From Thermoplasmata archaeon (lineage in GTDB: Archaea > Thermoplasmatota > Thermoplasmata > Lutacidiplasmatales > UBA184): 64,000 nt of DNA. Positions 46,690 to 56,100 of this stretch are shown in pieces (positions within the stretch are counted from its first letter, which is position 1; each line of letters opens with the position of its first letter). The position numbers were made by a program, and so were the translations under genes. The stretch is from NCBI GenBank assembly GCA_021844945.1, contig JAKBSJ010000003.1:32565-96564 (forward strand), in the 5' to 3' direction. The notes under the pieces were generated by a model. That model searched no databases. It was not told the DNA's origin and saw only the letters and a program-made list of their open reading frames with translations.

Positions 46690-47576
46690 GCGGCGACCGC
46701 CGGAACCTCAGTAAGGCCCGAGCGTTGCTCGCAGACCTCCCAAAGCCGGCGGGCCGCCTCGGCATCGCGCGAAGCCGGACTCGAGCGATGAGGGCGGCGG
46801 CGGACGAAGTAGGCTCCGCTGATGTGGGCTACGTCCGGCGACGTGGCGAGGTAGAGCGGGGTCTCGGCACCTTTCTCGGGAGAGATGGCCGCGATCCGCT
46901 TCGCTACCCCGAAGAACGCGCCGCGCATCCCGGTCGAACCTTCCTCGCCGAACGCGGTCCGTACGAACCCGGGGTGGCACGCGTTGAACGTCACCGGTCG
47001 ATCCGCGTGGCGACGGGCGGACTCGTAGGTGAGCAACAGGAGCGCGAGCTTCGACTGCGAGTACGCGGCCCAACCTCCGTACGCCCTTCGGCGATCGAGA
47101 TCCTCGAAGTCCATGACGCCCATCGAATGCACGGAGCTTGATACGTTCACGACCCGACCGGCTCCCGACGCTGCGAGGCGTGGCATCAGCGTCTCGGTCA
47201 GGATGAACGGTGCTAGGACATTGAGCCCGAACGTTCGCTCGTCTCCGGACGGAGTGGTCGCGAACGTGTGCTGGATCGCCCCCGCATTGTTGATCAGGAC
47301 GTCAACCCGGGGGTTCTCTTCCCGAAGCTTCGCCGCGAGCGTGCGAGTGGACGACGTATCGGCGAGGTCCACCGGGTAGACCCGCGCACGCGTTCCCGAC
47401 TTGGTCGCGCTTCGTGCGATCGCCCCGAGGCGTACCGGGTCTCGACCGACGAGGACCAGGTCCGCGCCCGCGCGCCCGAGCGACCCGGCGAGCACGGCCC
47501 CGATGCCCGAACTGGCTCCGGTCAACACGACACACTTTCCGTCCATTCGGGTGGCGGCTGTGGGGGTCGGGGTCAT
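46686..47576 (-). CDS. SDR-family oxidoreductase (retinol-dehydrogenase-like)
   Basis: VVLTGASSGIGAV, NNAG and YSQSK (YxxxK) are present. Confidence 0.85.
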   Translation of the reverse strand: MTPTPTAATRMDGKCVVLTGASSGIGAVLAGSLGRAGADLVLVGRDPVRLGAIARSATKSGTRARVYPVDLADTSSTRTLAAKLREENPRVDVLINNAGAIQHTFATTPSGDERTFGLNVLAPFILTETLMPRLAASGAGRVVNVSSSVHSMGVMDFEDLDRRRAYGGWAAYSQSKLALLLLTYESARRHADRPVTFNACHPGFVRTAFGEEGSTGMRGAFFGVAKRIAAISPEKGAETPLYLATSPDVAHISGAYFVRRRPHRSSPASRDAEAARRLWEVCEQRSGLTEVPAVAA

Positions 47577-47717
47577 CGATTTTCTCCCGGGCCGTACCCA
47601 GAAGGCTATCCGTCTCGGGTGGGTCCGAACGGGCGAGCCCCGTCTTCGATATATCCGCTCAGGTCCGGGGAACTTGACGACAGGGAGTCGGCCGTCGCAA
47701 CGGCACCGCAGGGCGGC

Positions 47718-48737
47718 TTACACGGAGGAAGGGGCGTCCTTCCATGGCATGGCGATACGACGGAACTTTCGGTCGACCCGAGGGGCCCCGCCGCCCGGCG
47801 GGAAAGAAACCTCGATGGTCAGCCAGCGACCGAGCATGCCAAACTCGATGGAGTACCAGCGCGCGATCCAACCGCCGTCCATCGTCGGGTCCGCGCGTGC
47901 GAACATGTGCGTCTCCTCGGCCATCCGGCCCATGCGACCCGCCGGCTCGCGCGCCAGCAGCGGGAACGACTGTTCGAGCGCTGCCGCCGCGCTCGTCACG
48001 GCCCGAGGGGTTCCTTCCGGGGCCCCCGTGAGGGGGATGTCGAGAGTGTACGGGCCCTGTAGGCCTCGTCCTACCACGTACCGGCCGAGGCTCCGGCGCA
48101 AATGGCCCCCGTCGCGGGACTCACCGAAGAGGAACCAGACGAACGGGTTCTCGGTCGGGACGATGTAGCGAAACTCTCCGTAGAGGTGCGCGCGCCGGCC
48201 CAACCAAAGTCGTACGGCGAGCCTCAGTCCCAGGTAGAGCGCGAAGAAACCGCTGAGGAAGTAGATGCTCGCCCAGTAGATGTCGAGCGCGACCACGTTG
48301 CGCTCCACGCCGAGCAGGACGTACATCGATACAACGCTGAAGATCAGCACGAAGAAGTTCACCGCGCGCTCAGCGTCGAACGCGATGCGCTTCGGGGAGA
48401 ATGGGAGCAACGGAGGGACGGAGTAGTTCGTGAACCCGTCCAGAAGGATGTGCAGGACGCCTCCGAGGAGGAAGACGGCGAAGTAGATCAGCACCGAGCC
48501 CGGAAGGATCAACGGAGCGATTAGCGCGCCGCCGATCGCGATGACCGTGACCCCGAGGAGCGAGTGCGTGATCCCGCGGTGGGAGAAGATCGGCCAGCGA
48601 CGGGCGAGCGGGAACAGCAGCGCGTCGGCATCGGGAAGGCCGCCCGCAAGCGCGCCGGCGGCGATGTACTGAACGTGAAACCCGACGAGGCCGAGCGTGA
48701 GCAGGTAGGCGATCAGTACGTGGGTGATCAGGTCCAC
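47718..48737 (-). CDS. Membrane-bound metal-dependent hydrolase (YdjM/DUF457-like)
   Basis: MDLITHVLIAY, GGLPDAD and RGITHSLLG are His/Asp motifs on a polytopic membrane scaffold. Confidence 0.6.
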   Translation of the reverse strand: MDLITHVLIAYLLTLGLVGFHVQYIAAGALAGGLPDADALLFPLARRWPIFSHRGITHSLLGVTVIAIGGALIAPLILPGSVLIYFAVFLLGGVLHILLDGFTNYSVPPLLPFSPKRIAFDAERAVNFFVLIFSVVSMYVLLGVERNVVALDIYWASIYFLSGFFALYLGLRLAVRLWLGRRAHLYGEFRYIVPTENPFVWFLFGESRDGGHLRRSLGRYVVGRGLQGPYTLDIPLTGAPEGTPRAVTSAAAALEQSFPLLAREPAGRMGRMAEETHMFARADPTMDGGWIARWYSIEFGMLGRWLTIEVSFPPGGGAPRVDRKFRRIAMPWKDAPSSV

Positions 48738-48758
48738 AGGTGCCTTGGTGGGGGCGGC

Positions 48759-49025
48759 CTACAGGAGGCCCTCCTCCATCACCTCGACCGACTCTACGTG
48801 AGGGACCTGGGCGAGCTCCTGTTCGACCGACTCGAGGATACCGCCCTCATCGTTCATCACCACGCTGACGAGCAGCGCCTTGAGCCCGTAGGCGATGTCC
48901 TTGACCTGCATCCCGCGGACGGTGACGCCGGCGGGCAGCCTCGATCGAACGCCCCGCGCCATCTCCTCGAGGTTCGTGTCGACACCTTGCGGCATCAACC
49001 GGAAGAGCACGGCGACCTGACCCAC
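48759..49025 (-). CDS. ef1b: Translation elongation factor aEF-1 beta
   Basis: It is 88 aa. MGQVAVLFRLMP...LEEM...YGLKAL...ESVE matches the archaeal EF-1beta length and pattern. Confidence 0.85.
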   Translation of the reverse strand: MGQVAVLFRLMPQGVDTNLEEMARGVRSRLPAGVTVRGMQVKDIAYGLKALLVSVVMNDEGGILESVEQELAQVPHVESVEVMEEGLL

Positions 49026-49037
49026 GGGCGTTGCCCC

Positions 49038-49211
49038 CTCAGGGACCTTCGAAGCCGCAGGACGGGCAGTGGTACAGGACGCTCTGGTCCCGGCAGCGCG
49101 GGTCGCGGCCGATCGTCACCTGTCCGCAGTTCGGGCACGGAAACTGCGTCGAGCCGCGGGCCGATAGAGACGCTCCGCACGATGTGCAGGATGTGGCGCG
49201 CGCCTCGGTCA
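49038..49211 (-). CDS. Zn-ribbon protein, 57 aa (COG2888-like partner of aEF-1beta; not in ORF track)
   Basis: The translation is MTEARATSCTSCGASLSARGSTQFPCPNCGQVTIGRDPRCRDQSVLYHCPSCGFEGP, with four CxxC pairs. It lies 12 nt upstream of ef1b, the conserved archaeal arrangement. Confidence 0.6.
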
Positions 49212-49236
49212 TGGTGGTGTGTACCCGCTCTCCCCG

Positions 49237-50145
49237 CTACCGCGGAGCGCCCGGTCGACGGCTTCCGACATAGAGGAGGGATATAAGCACGACCGCCACG
49301 AAGGCGACCACGCCGAGCACGTAGTAGTCCGTGTAGTTCGCGGGCGGACCTTCCACGTAGAACGTGATCGAGTAGCTCTGCTGGCCGTTCGCGAAATGGA
49401 CCTGGCCATGGGGGGAAGGTAAGGTCAGGACGAATGTATGGTACCCCGGACCCAGCGGGAGCGTGGTGTAGTCGAAGGTGAAGTTGTACACTTCCTTGGG
49501 AGTGAGGGTCGGAATCGTGATCGCGCCGACGACCGTTCCGTCCAACGTCACCGGGATGGCGAACGAGAGCACCGTCTGGGCACCCGCGACGACCTTTCCC
49601 GTAAGGATGTAGGGTGCCACCACGCGGACCGTGATTGTGACGTTCAACGACTCGTTGAGCTGCTCGTAGCGCGACGCGAACTCGACCGTGATCGTCACGG
49701 TCTGGACGATCCCGCTGGTGTCGAGCTCGACCGGATAGCCGGACGTCGAGTTCGGGACCGTTCCCGTGCTCGGCAGAAAGCTGACCGACGTGGTGTTGGT
49801 CCCCGCGACCGACGCCCAATAGGTGATGTTCCCGACCTCCGTTCCGTTGGCCGCGTACGCCGGGCCCCCGTGGGCCATCAGTACGTACTCGAAGGTCTTG
49901 TTCTGCCCGACGACCTTCGGCCCCGTGACGTTCGCCTTGAGCGGCGAGTAGCTCGAAGACAGGCTCGTTAGGAAAGGACCCGATCCCATGGAGCGGGAGC
50001 CGGAGGGCGCCGTAACGGAGGCGGCGGAGCCCACGGGGGTCGCCGAGATCGCGAGGAGGGCGACCACACCGAGGGCGAACGCCACGGCGAGAGCATGGGA
50101 ACGGCTCACCAACGCCGCCACCTCCGCGTGCGGTTCCACCGCCAT
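49237..50145 (-). CDS. Sequon-rich secreted/membrane-anchored protein (putative N-glycoprotein), about 302 aa
   Basis: The N-terminus has a signal-like hydrophobic segment (ALAVAFALGVVALLAISA). It carries about 10 N-x-S/T sequons (NVT, NKT, NGT, NIT, NTT, NST, NES, NFT, NYT). There is a C-terminal TM helix plus a basic tail. The start MAVEPHAEV is chosen; its 5' end overlaps the aglB 3' end by 40 nt. Confidence 0.6.
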   Translation of the reverse strand: MAVEPHAEVAALVSRSHALAVAFALGVVALLAISATPVGSAASVTAPSGSRSMGSGPFLTSLSSSYSPLKANVTGPKVVGQNKTFEYVLMAHGGPAYAANGTEVGNITYWASVAGTNTTSVSFLPSTGTVPNSTSGYPVELDTSGIVQTVTITVEFASRYEQLNESLNVTITVRVVAPYILTGKVVAGAQTVLSFAIPVTLDGTVVGAITIPTLTPKEVYNFTFDYTTLPLGPGYHTFVLTLPSPHGQVHFANGQQSYSITFYVEGPPANYTDYYVLGVVAFVAVVLISLLYVGSRRPGAPR

Positions 50146-53100
50146 ACGAGGATGATCGCCCCAACGACGAGCGTGGGGACGAGGGCCAGCACGATCAGGA
50201 GCCATTCCGCGTATACGACCGGGGCGGTTCCGGTGCCGGGACCGGTGACGATCGTGTATGGGTTGACGGTCACGGTCGTGGACGGGATCGAGAAGGTCAG
50301 GGTCTGTTGCGAGTTCAACGACTCGTTGAGGATCGTCACCGCCACCTCTGCGGTCGCCGGCGGGACGGCGATCGCGCCGGAGGTGAGGTTCAGGGCGAAC
50401 GCTTCGCTCGCCCCCGGCGAAACCGAGTAGGTAGTGACGACGGTGCGGCCCTGGAGGATGTTCGATGTCCATCCGAGGCTGGCGAGCTGCGGTGCATCGA
50501 CCACACTGAGCCGAAGACCGATCACCGCGTTGCCGACGTTGTCGACGGAGAAGAGAATCTCGACCTGGTGCGGCCCCACGGACGGCGCCGTGGCGCTGCT
50601 CTCGAGCACCATCGCGTAGCGGGGCGCGATATGAATCGTTGGGGTGTCCGCGATGGTTCCGATGGCCGTGCCGTTGGCGGTCACGACCGTGAGATAGAGC
50701 GGCGGGTGGGTGACGGCGGTTCCGGCGGGAACGATCACGCGGACGGCCCCGCTCGCGGTCGCCCCGGGGGAAAGGCTGACGTCGGTGAGCGTCGTCGTCA
50801 TGTTCCAGTACGCGGGGCTGGCGATGAGCGAAACGGTAACCGGGACATTTCCGGTGTTCGTTAGGCCCACACTGAAGTCAACCGGCCCTCCGTTCGCCGG
50901 AAGGTCGACCGAGGTCGGCCCCGAGACGGTCCCGGCGACGGAAGGTAGAAGCACCCACGCCAGGGAGAGTCGGGTCGCAGTGCTTCCCGATACGACTGCC
51001 ACCGATTGGGAAGCGGTTGCGTTGGACAGGACGGAATAGGGATATCCAGTGGCCCTCGCACCTAGGACGTAGCCGCCCGTGGGTAGCCAAACAGAGAGGG
51101 TCGAGCCCACGACGACGTTCGGGAACTCGAACACGACCCCTGCAGCGGACCGGACGGTCACGAGGGCGACGGAGCCGTTGACGATCCCCCCGGGGGGCAT
51201 GGGGGTGATCTCGTTCGGATAGCTCGGGGAGAGGGTCAGCGCGAACGGTCCGCTCTGAGGCAAGACCGTCACGCCGGTCAGCTCGGCCGCCCCGGTCGCG
51301 TTCGCATACACCGCGTACGCCCCCGGAAGGAGCTGCACCGAGAAGCGACCGTTCACGACCGAAACGGTGGACAGGGCGTAGGAGGGATACGGTCCTTCGA
51401 GGGAGAGCGTCGCCGAGGCGAGCCCGGGCGCCGCAACGGTCCCATTGAACCATACGAGCTGCGTCGTCCCGACCATCCGTACGTTGCAGGTGGCCCCCGT
51501 GCGGCCCAGCGCACACGTGTTCGCACCCGTGGCCGTGGCGTAGCTCACAGCATAAGACCCGTTCGGACCGACGACCGTCCCAATCGTCCGCGCGCTGACC
51601 GAATAGGTCGTCGAGGCCGCGAGCACGAGAGTGTAGTTGCCGTAGGCCGTGCGGGCCGCCGCGACCGCCCCGCTGGCCGTGGTGAACGTGACGGTCGTGT
51701 TTGCGATGATCGGAACGTCGGTCGCGGTCATCAGGCTCCCCGAGACCGTGACCCCGACCAGGCTCAACCGAAGCGGAGTCGAGATCGAGCCGGTGGTCGG
51801 GACCGAGATCACCGTCAAGTTGGTGTAGTTGAGACCGGCATGTGCACCAAAAAAGTAGGCAGAATACGTTCCGACCGGCGCGTAGAAGCCGCTTGTGTAG
51901 GCCGCGCCCGAGACCGTCAGGTTGAATCCGGTGGACCCGGTGAGTCGCAGCGTGACGGCAGAGGATGGCATGCCATTGGGCAACCGTAGGGTGCCGGTGG
52001 TGTTGCGCTCGCGCACGAGAGAAACGGCCTCGGTCACTTGGCTCCGCCCGAGCGCTACCGAGAACGACCCGCCCGGCGCACTCGAGTAGCGGGTCACGTT
52101 GGGCTCGCCCGGCGCGTAGGCCTGTACCGAGTACGTTCCCGGGGTGATCGTGAGCGAAGCCGACGAGTAGCCTTGAGCCACATACGTCCCAGCCGTGGCG
52201 CTCGTGCCGTTGAGGTAGATCGTGGTCAGGGTTGATGAGGTGGTCCCCGAAATCGGGAGCGTGAGCGTCACCGGGGCGAACGAAATCGGAAGGCGGCTCA
52301 CGCTCGGAAGGCTGCCTGGGGCGATGCACTCGCTCGCCGGCGAGTAACCGACCGCGCTTGCGCCGAGACAATAGGTCTCGTTGTCCGGTAGGGCGGCGGG
52401 GACTATGTACGAGACCGTTCCCGAGCTACCCGTGACCACCGGGACCGATGGGCCCCCCGAGATCCCTATTCGGATCGTCACGTTCGCGTTCGCCACTGGA
52501 TAGAGCACGCCGCTCGGAAGCGTCGCGCTGACGGTGAACGTCGTGCGCACCGCGGTCACCGGGACGATCGTCACCGAAGTGGGGCCGCTCACCGCGACCG
52601 ACTGAAGCGCCGCGTACAACGACGACGAGCTGCCCGAACCCGCCTGTAACGTGAGCAGGGAGTACGTGCCAGAGGGGAGCGCCAGGGAAAAAGAGCCGTT
52701 CGTGGCCACGGCGGTGACGTTTCCTTGGGCGTCGTAGGCGAAAACGACGCTCGACGCTCCGACGCCCGCCCCGCTATTGCGGACTGTTCCCGTGAGCCAG
52801 TTGGCCGGCGCGAGCTCGAGGGTAGGGACCGGAACCGGCGCCCCGGGGCTACTGACGCGGAACGTGCCCAAGGCCGTCTCGAGCCCAGCGCCGACGTACG
52901 TGGACGCGTAGGCGGTGTAGTTGCCCAGCGGCAGATAGGCGCTGGCCGAACCGACCGAGTTCGTGTAGAGGACGGTGGAGTTCTCGAGGGCGCTCGAGAG
53001 CGATGCGACGCTCGCGCTGCTGCCGAAGTTCGGTAGCGAAGTGAGGCGGATCGGAGTGTTGGCGACCGGAGCACCGGCGGCGCTCACGGTGAGGGTGGCG

Positions 53101-56100
53101 AGGGCGCTGGGGTACTCCGTCAAGTTGATCGAAAGCTTGGCACCGATCTCGCTGATGACGGTGGTCGTGCCCAGGGAACGCATGTTCGCTCCGGGCCCGA
53201 CCGCGGTGATCGTGTAGTTGCCGGGGCTGAGGTTCGGTATGTCATAGGTACCGGTCAGGTTCGTCGTCGTGGTGAGGACCCGGCCCGTGCTCGATCCGAT
53301 CGTGACGGTGGCTCCCTGGATCACGTCGCCGATCGCGTTGGTGACCCTGCCGGTGATATTCCCGGGCGTCAGGCCGAAGCTCGCGTTCACGGGCGAGAGC
53401 GAAGAGTCAACGGTGATGTTTCCGGGAAGCGTGTAGTTCGTGCCATCGTACAGAACGGACTCGTTGTAGACGCCCGGGGCGACGTTGGAGAGCCGGAACG
53501 TCCCACCCGCATCCGTGGTGGCCGTGACCGCGGTACCGTTGGCGACGCCATAGAGGACGACCCGAGCGTCGGGGACTGGGAGATCGCTAGTTTGGTATAC
53601 CGTGCTGTTCGCGAGGTTCCAGTATACGAGTCCGTCGACCACCGAAGCTCCGACCGTGATCGTTCGCTGGACGGTGATCGGCTGGAGGCTGAAGCCGATC
53701 GCGTTCGGAACGGAAATCGGAATCGAGTCGAGGAGGATGTTCCCCTGTTGGGTGATACCGTTGAGGGTGCCGATCGTGACGTTCACCGTGTCGTTGCCCG
53801 GGGGAAGGATGACCGAGTACTGGCCCTGCGGGCCCGTGATCACACTCATGTGCGGGATCCCGAACTCGTCGTTGACCGTCACGCGGGCGCCGGCGACGGG
53901 CGCGCCGTTCGGCAATGTCACCGTCCCGGTCATGGTCTCGCCGGAGTAGTACACGAGGATGGACTCGCCCCCGCTGAAGTAGTCGTTGGCGCTCGTGTTC
54001 GCCACGCCGATCCCGCTGCCGGCGAGCGCTTCGGCCTGCGGTTTGTTCATCGCGACGTAGCAATTCGAATTGCTCGCCCGGCTTGCGTTGTCGCAGTAGT
54101 AAGCGGTCTGATACTGGACCTCGAAATGGGACATCATCCAGCCGGGCATGACCGGGTCGGACGCGACGGATCCCTCGAGGCCCGGAATTCCAGTGCTCTT
54201 CCCGACCTGGGTGCCGTTGTAGCCAAAGTAGATGCGGTAGATCATCGAGTTGTAGAACGGCGCGAAGTAGGAGATGTAGTAGTTCACCGCGCTCACGCCG
54301 GCCGGAACCTCACCTTCGGGGTAGTACTTCCCGTTCGAGCCGAGCACGGTCACGTTGAAGTAAATCCCGGGGTTCCCGCCGGCATCCAGCCCGCGTCCCG
54401 TAAGATCGGCGGGGGCGTAGTAGATACCGGTGTCGGATCCCGAGAACGGGATCAAGCGCGTGTCGGCCATAGCGTATCGGATGGTCCAGCCCGTGTACTG
54501 TTGAACGTTGTTGTAGACCTGGGCGACGCCGTTCGGACTCAGCGCTCCCGCGATGTAGTAGGAAACGACCATGAACATCGCGTTCTCCGGCGTGAGCGTG
54601 GACGCGTCGACCGGGAGGTAGAGACCTGGATTTGCGACGACCGTCTTGTAATCCCAGCTCCAGTTCACGAGCGCGTTGTGCAGGTACGAGAGGTTCAGTC
54701 CCGCGGAGGCAAGCATCTGGTTGAGCGCGACGGGCAGGTATGGCAATCCCGACTTCGTCTGCTCACCGTTGAGCAAGGTCGTCGTCAGGACCCCGAGAGC
54801 GATCGACTGGTTCTGGGCGAGGAGGAATTGCCCGGACGGGTCGATGCCGTTCTGGAAGTCGTCGGCAACCGACGGGTGCTGGCCCTGATCGATCGTCTGG
54901 AACCCGTAATCCCACCAGGCCACGACCGCGGATCTATTAGGTTCGGGAACGGCCGTTTGCTGTTGAGCTAACCAATTGTATCCGGCGGAATCGTAGAGGT
55001 TCGGGGTGTCGAGCGATGCGCCGGTCGCACCGAAGTAGAAGCTGGAAGCATCGCTCGCGGCCGGCCGGAGCCACGAAGGGAACGTGTCGTAGACCTGCGT
55101 AGATGCCGCGGCCTTGGTATTGCTCGGGATACCCGCGTCGATCCCGTACCAGATATTGGGCACGAGAAGGCCCACGACGAGCAAGATGATGAGGATGTGA
55201 TGGGCTTTGAACGACTTGCGGAACGCCGTGAGCCGGCTGCGCGTGTCGGTCAGCGATCGCATGCTTTGACGCAGCTCGGAATAGCTCCCGAGGTCCCACA
55301 GACGGCGTACCGCCTCGGCCGGAAGTAGCGCGAACGCGGGGGACGCCAGCAACAGGAACTTCGACGCCGAGATGGGGAGGTAGACCGAGAGAACCCCGAA
55401 AATGAGGATGACGAGCAGCCATCGCTGCCGGAAGCGGCCCTTTGCGAGAGCCCAGGCGATCAGCGCGAGGCCGACGAAGGCTAGGAAGAACGTGATGACC
55501 CCGAAGGCGATGACCAAAGTGTCGAAGGACGGCGAGACGTCCTCGGCGACGGTCGAGTAGATCAGTGTCTTGATGAAGTAGCCCTGTCCGGTGACGATCG
55601 CGGTGAAGTAGGCCGGATCGACCACCAACAACGCGGCCATCGCCGCAACGACGAGGGCGACGAACGTCGGTATCGAGACGACCCAGGGGAGGTCCCGCAT
55701 CATCATGAACGGGATCAAAATGATCAACGCGCCGAAGAACAGCAAGAGCGGAAGGTCGAACCAACTGATGAAATCCCCCTGGACGTAGTAGTACGGCATC
55801 GCCATCGGGAAGCCGACCAGCCCGACGATGGCGGTCGCGACGTACAGCCCGAAGGAATCCACGCGGCGGACGCGTTCGATGAGGACCATGAGGACGAGGA
55901 ACACACCGATGACCGCGACGCCGTACGTGTAGCCCTGCCACGCAAGGGCGAGCGCTCCGAACGTCACTCCGGTAAACACGGCCCACTTTACCGCGGTGCG
56001 CTCGCCCCGCAGGAAACCAACTAAACCGCTGTAGATCGACCGTGGGCTCCGGTAACTCTCGACCCAGCGACGCGAGCCCACGGACTTAACGGTGCGAATG

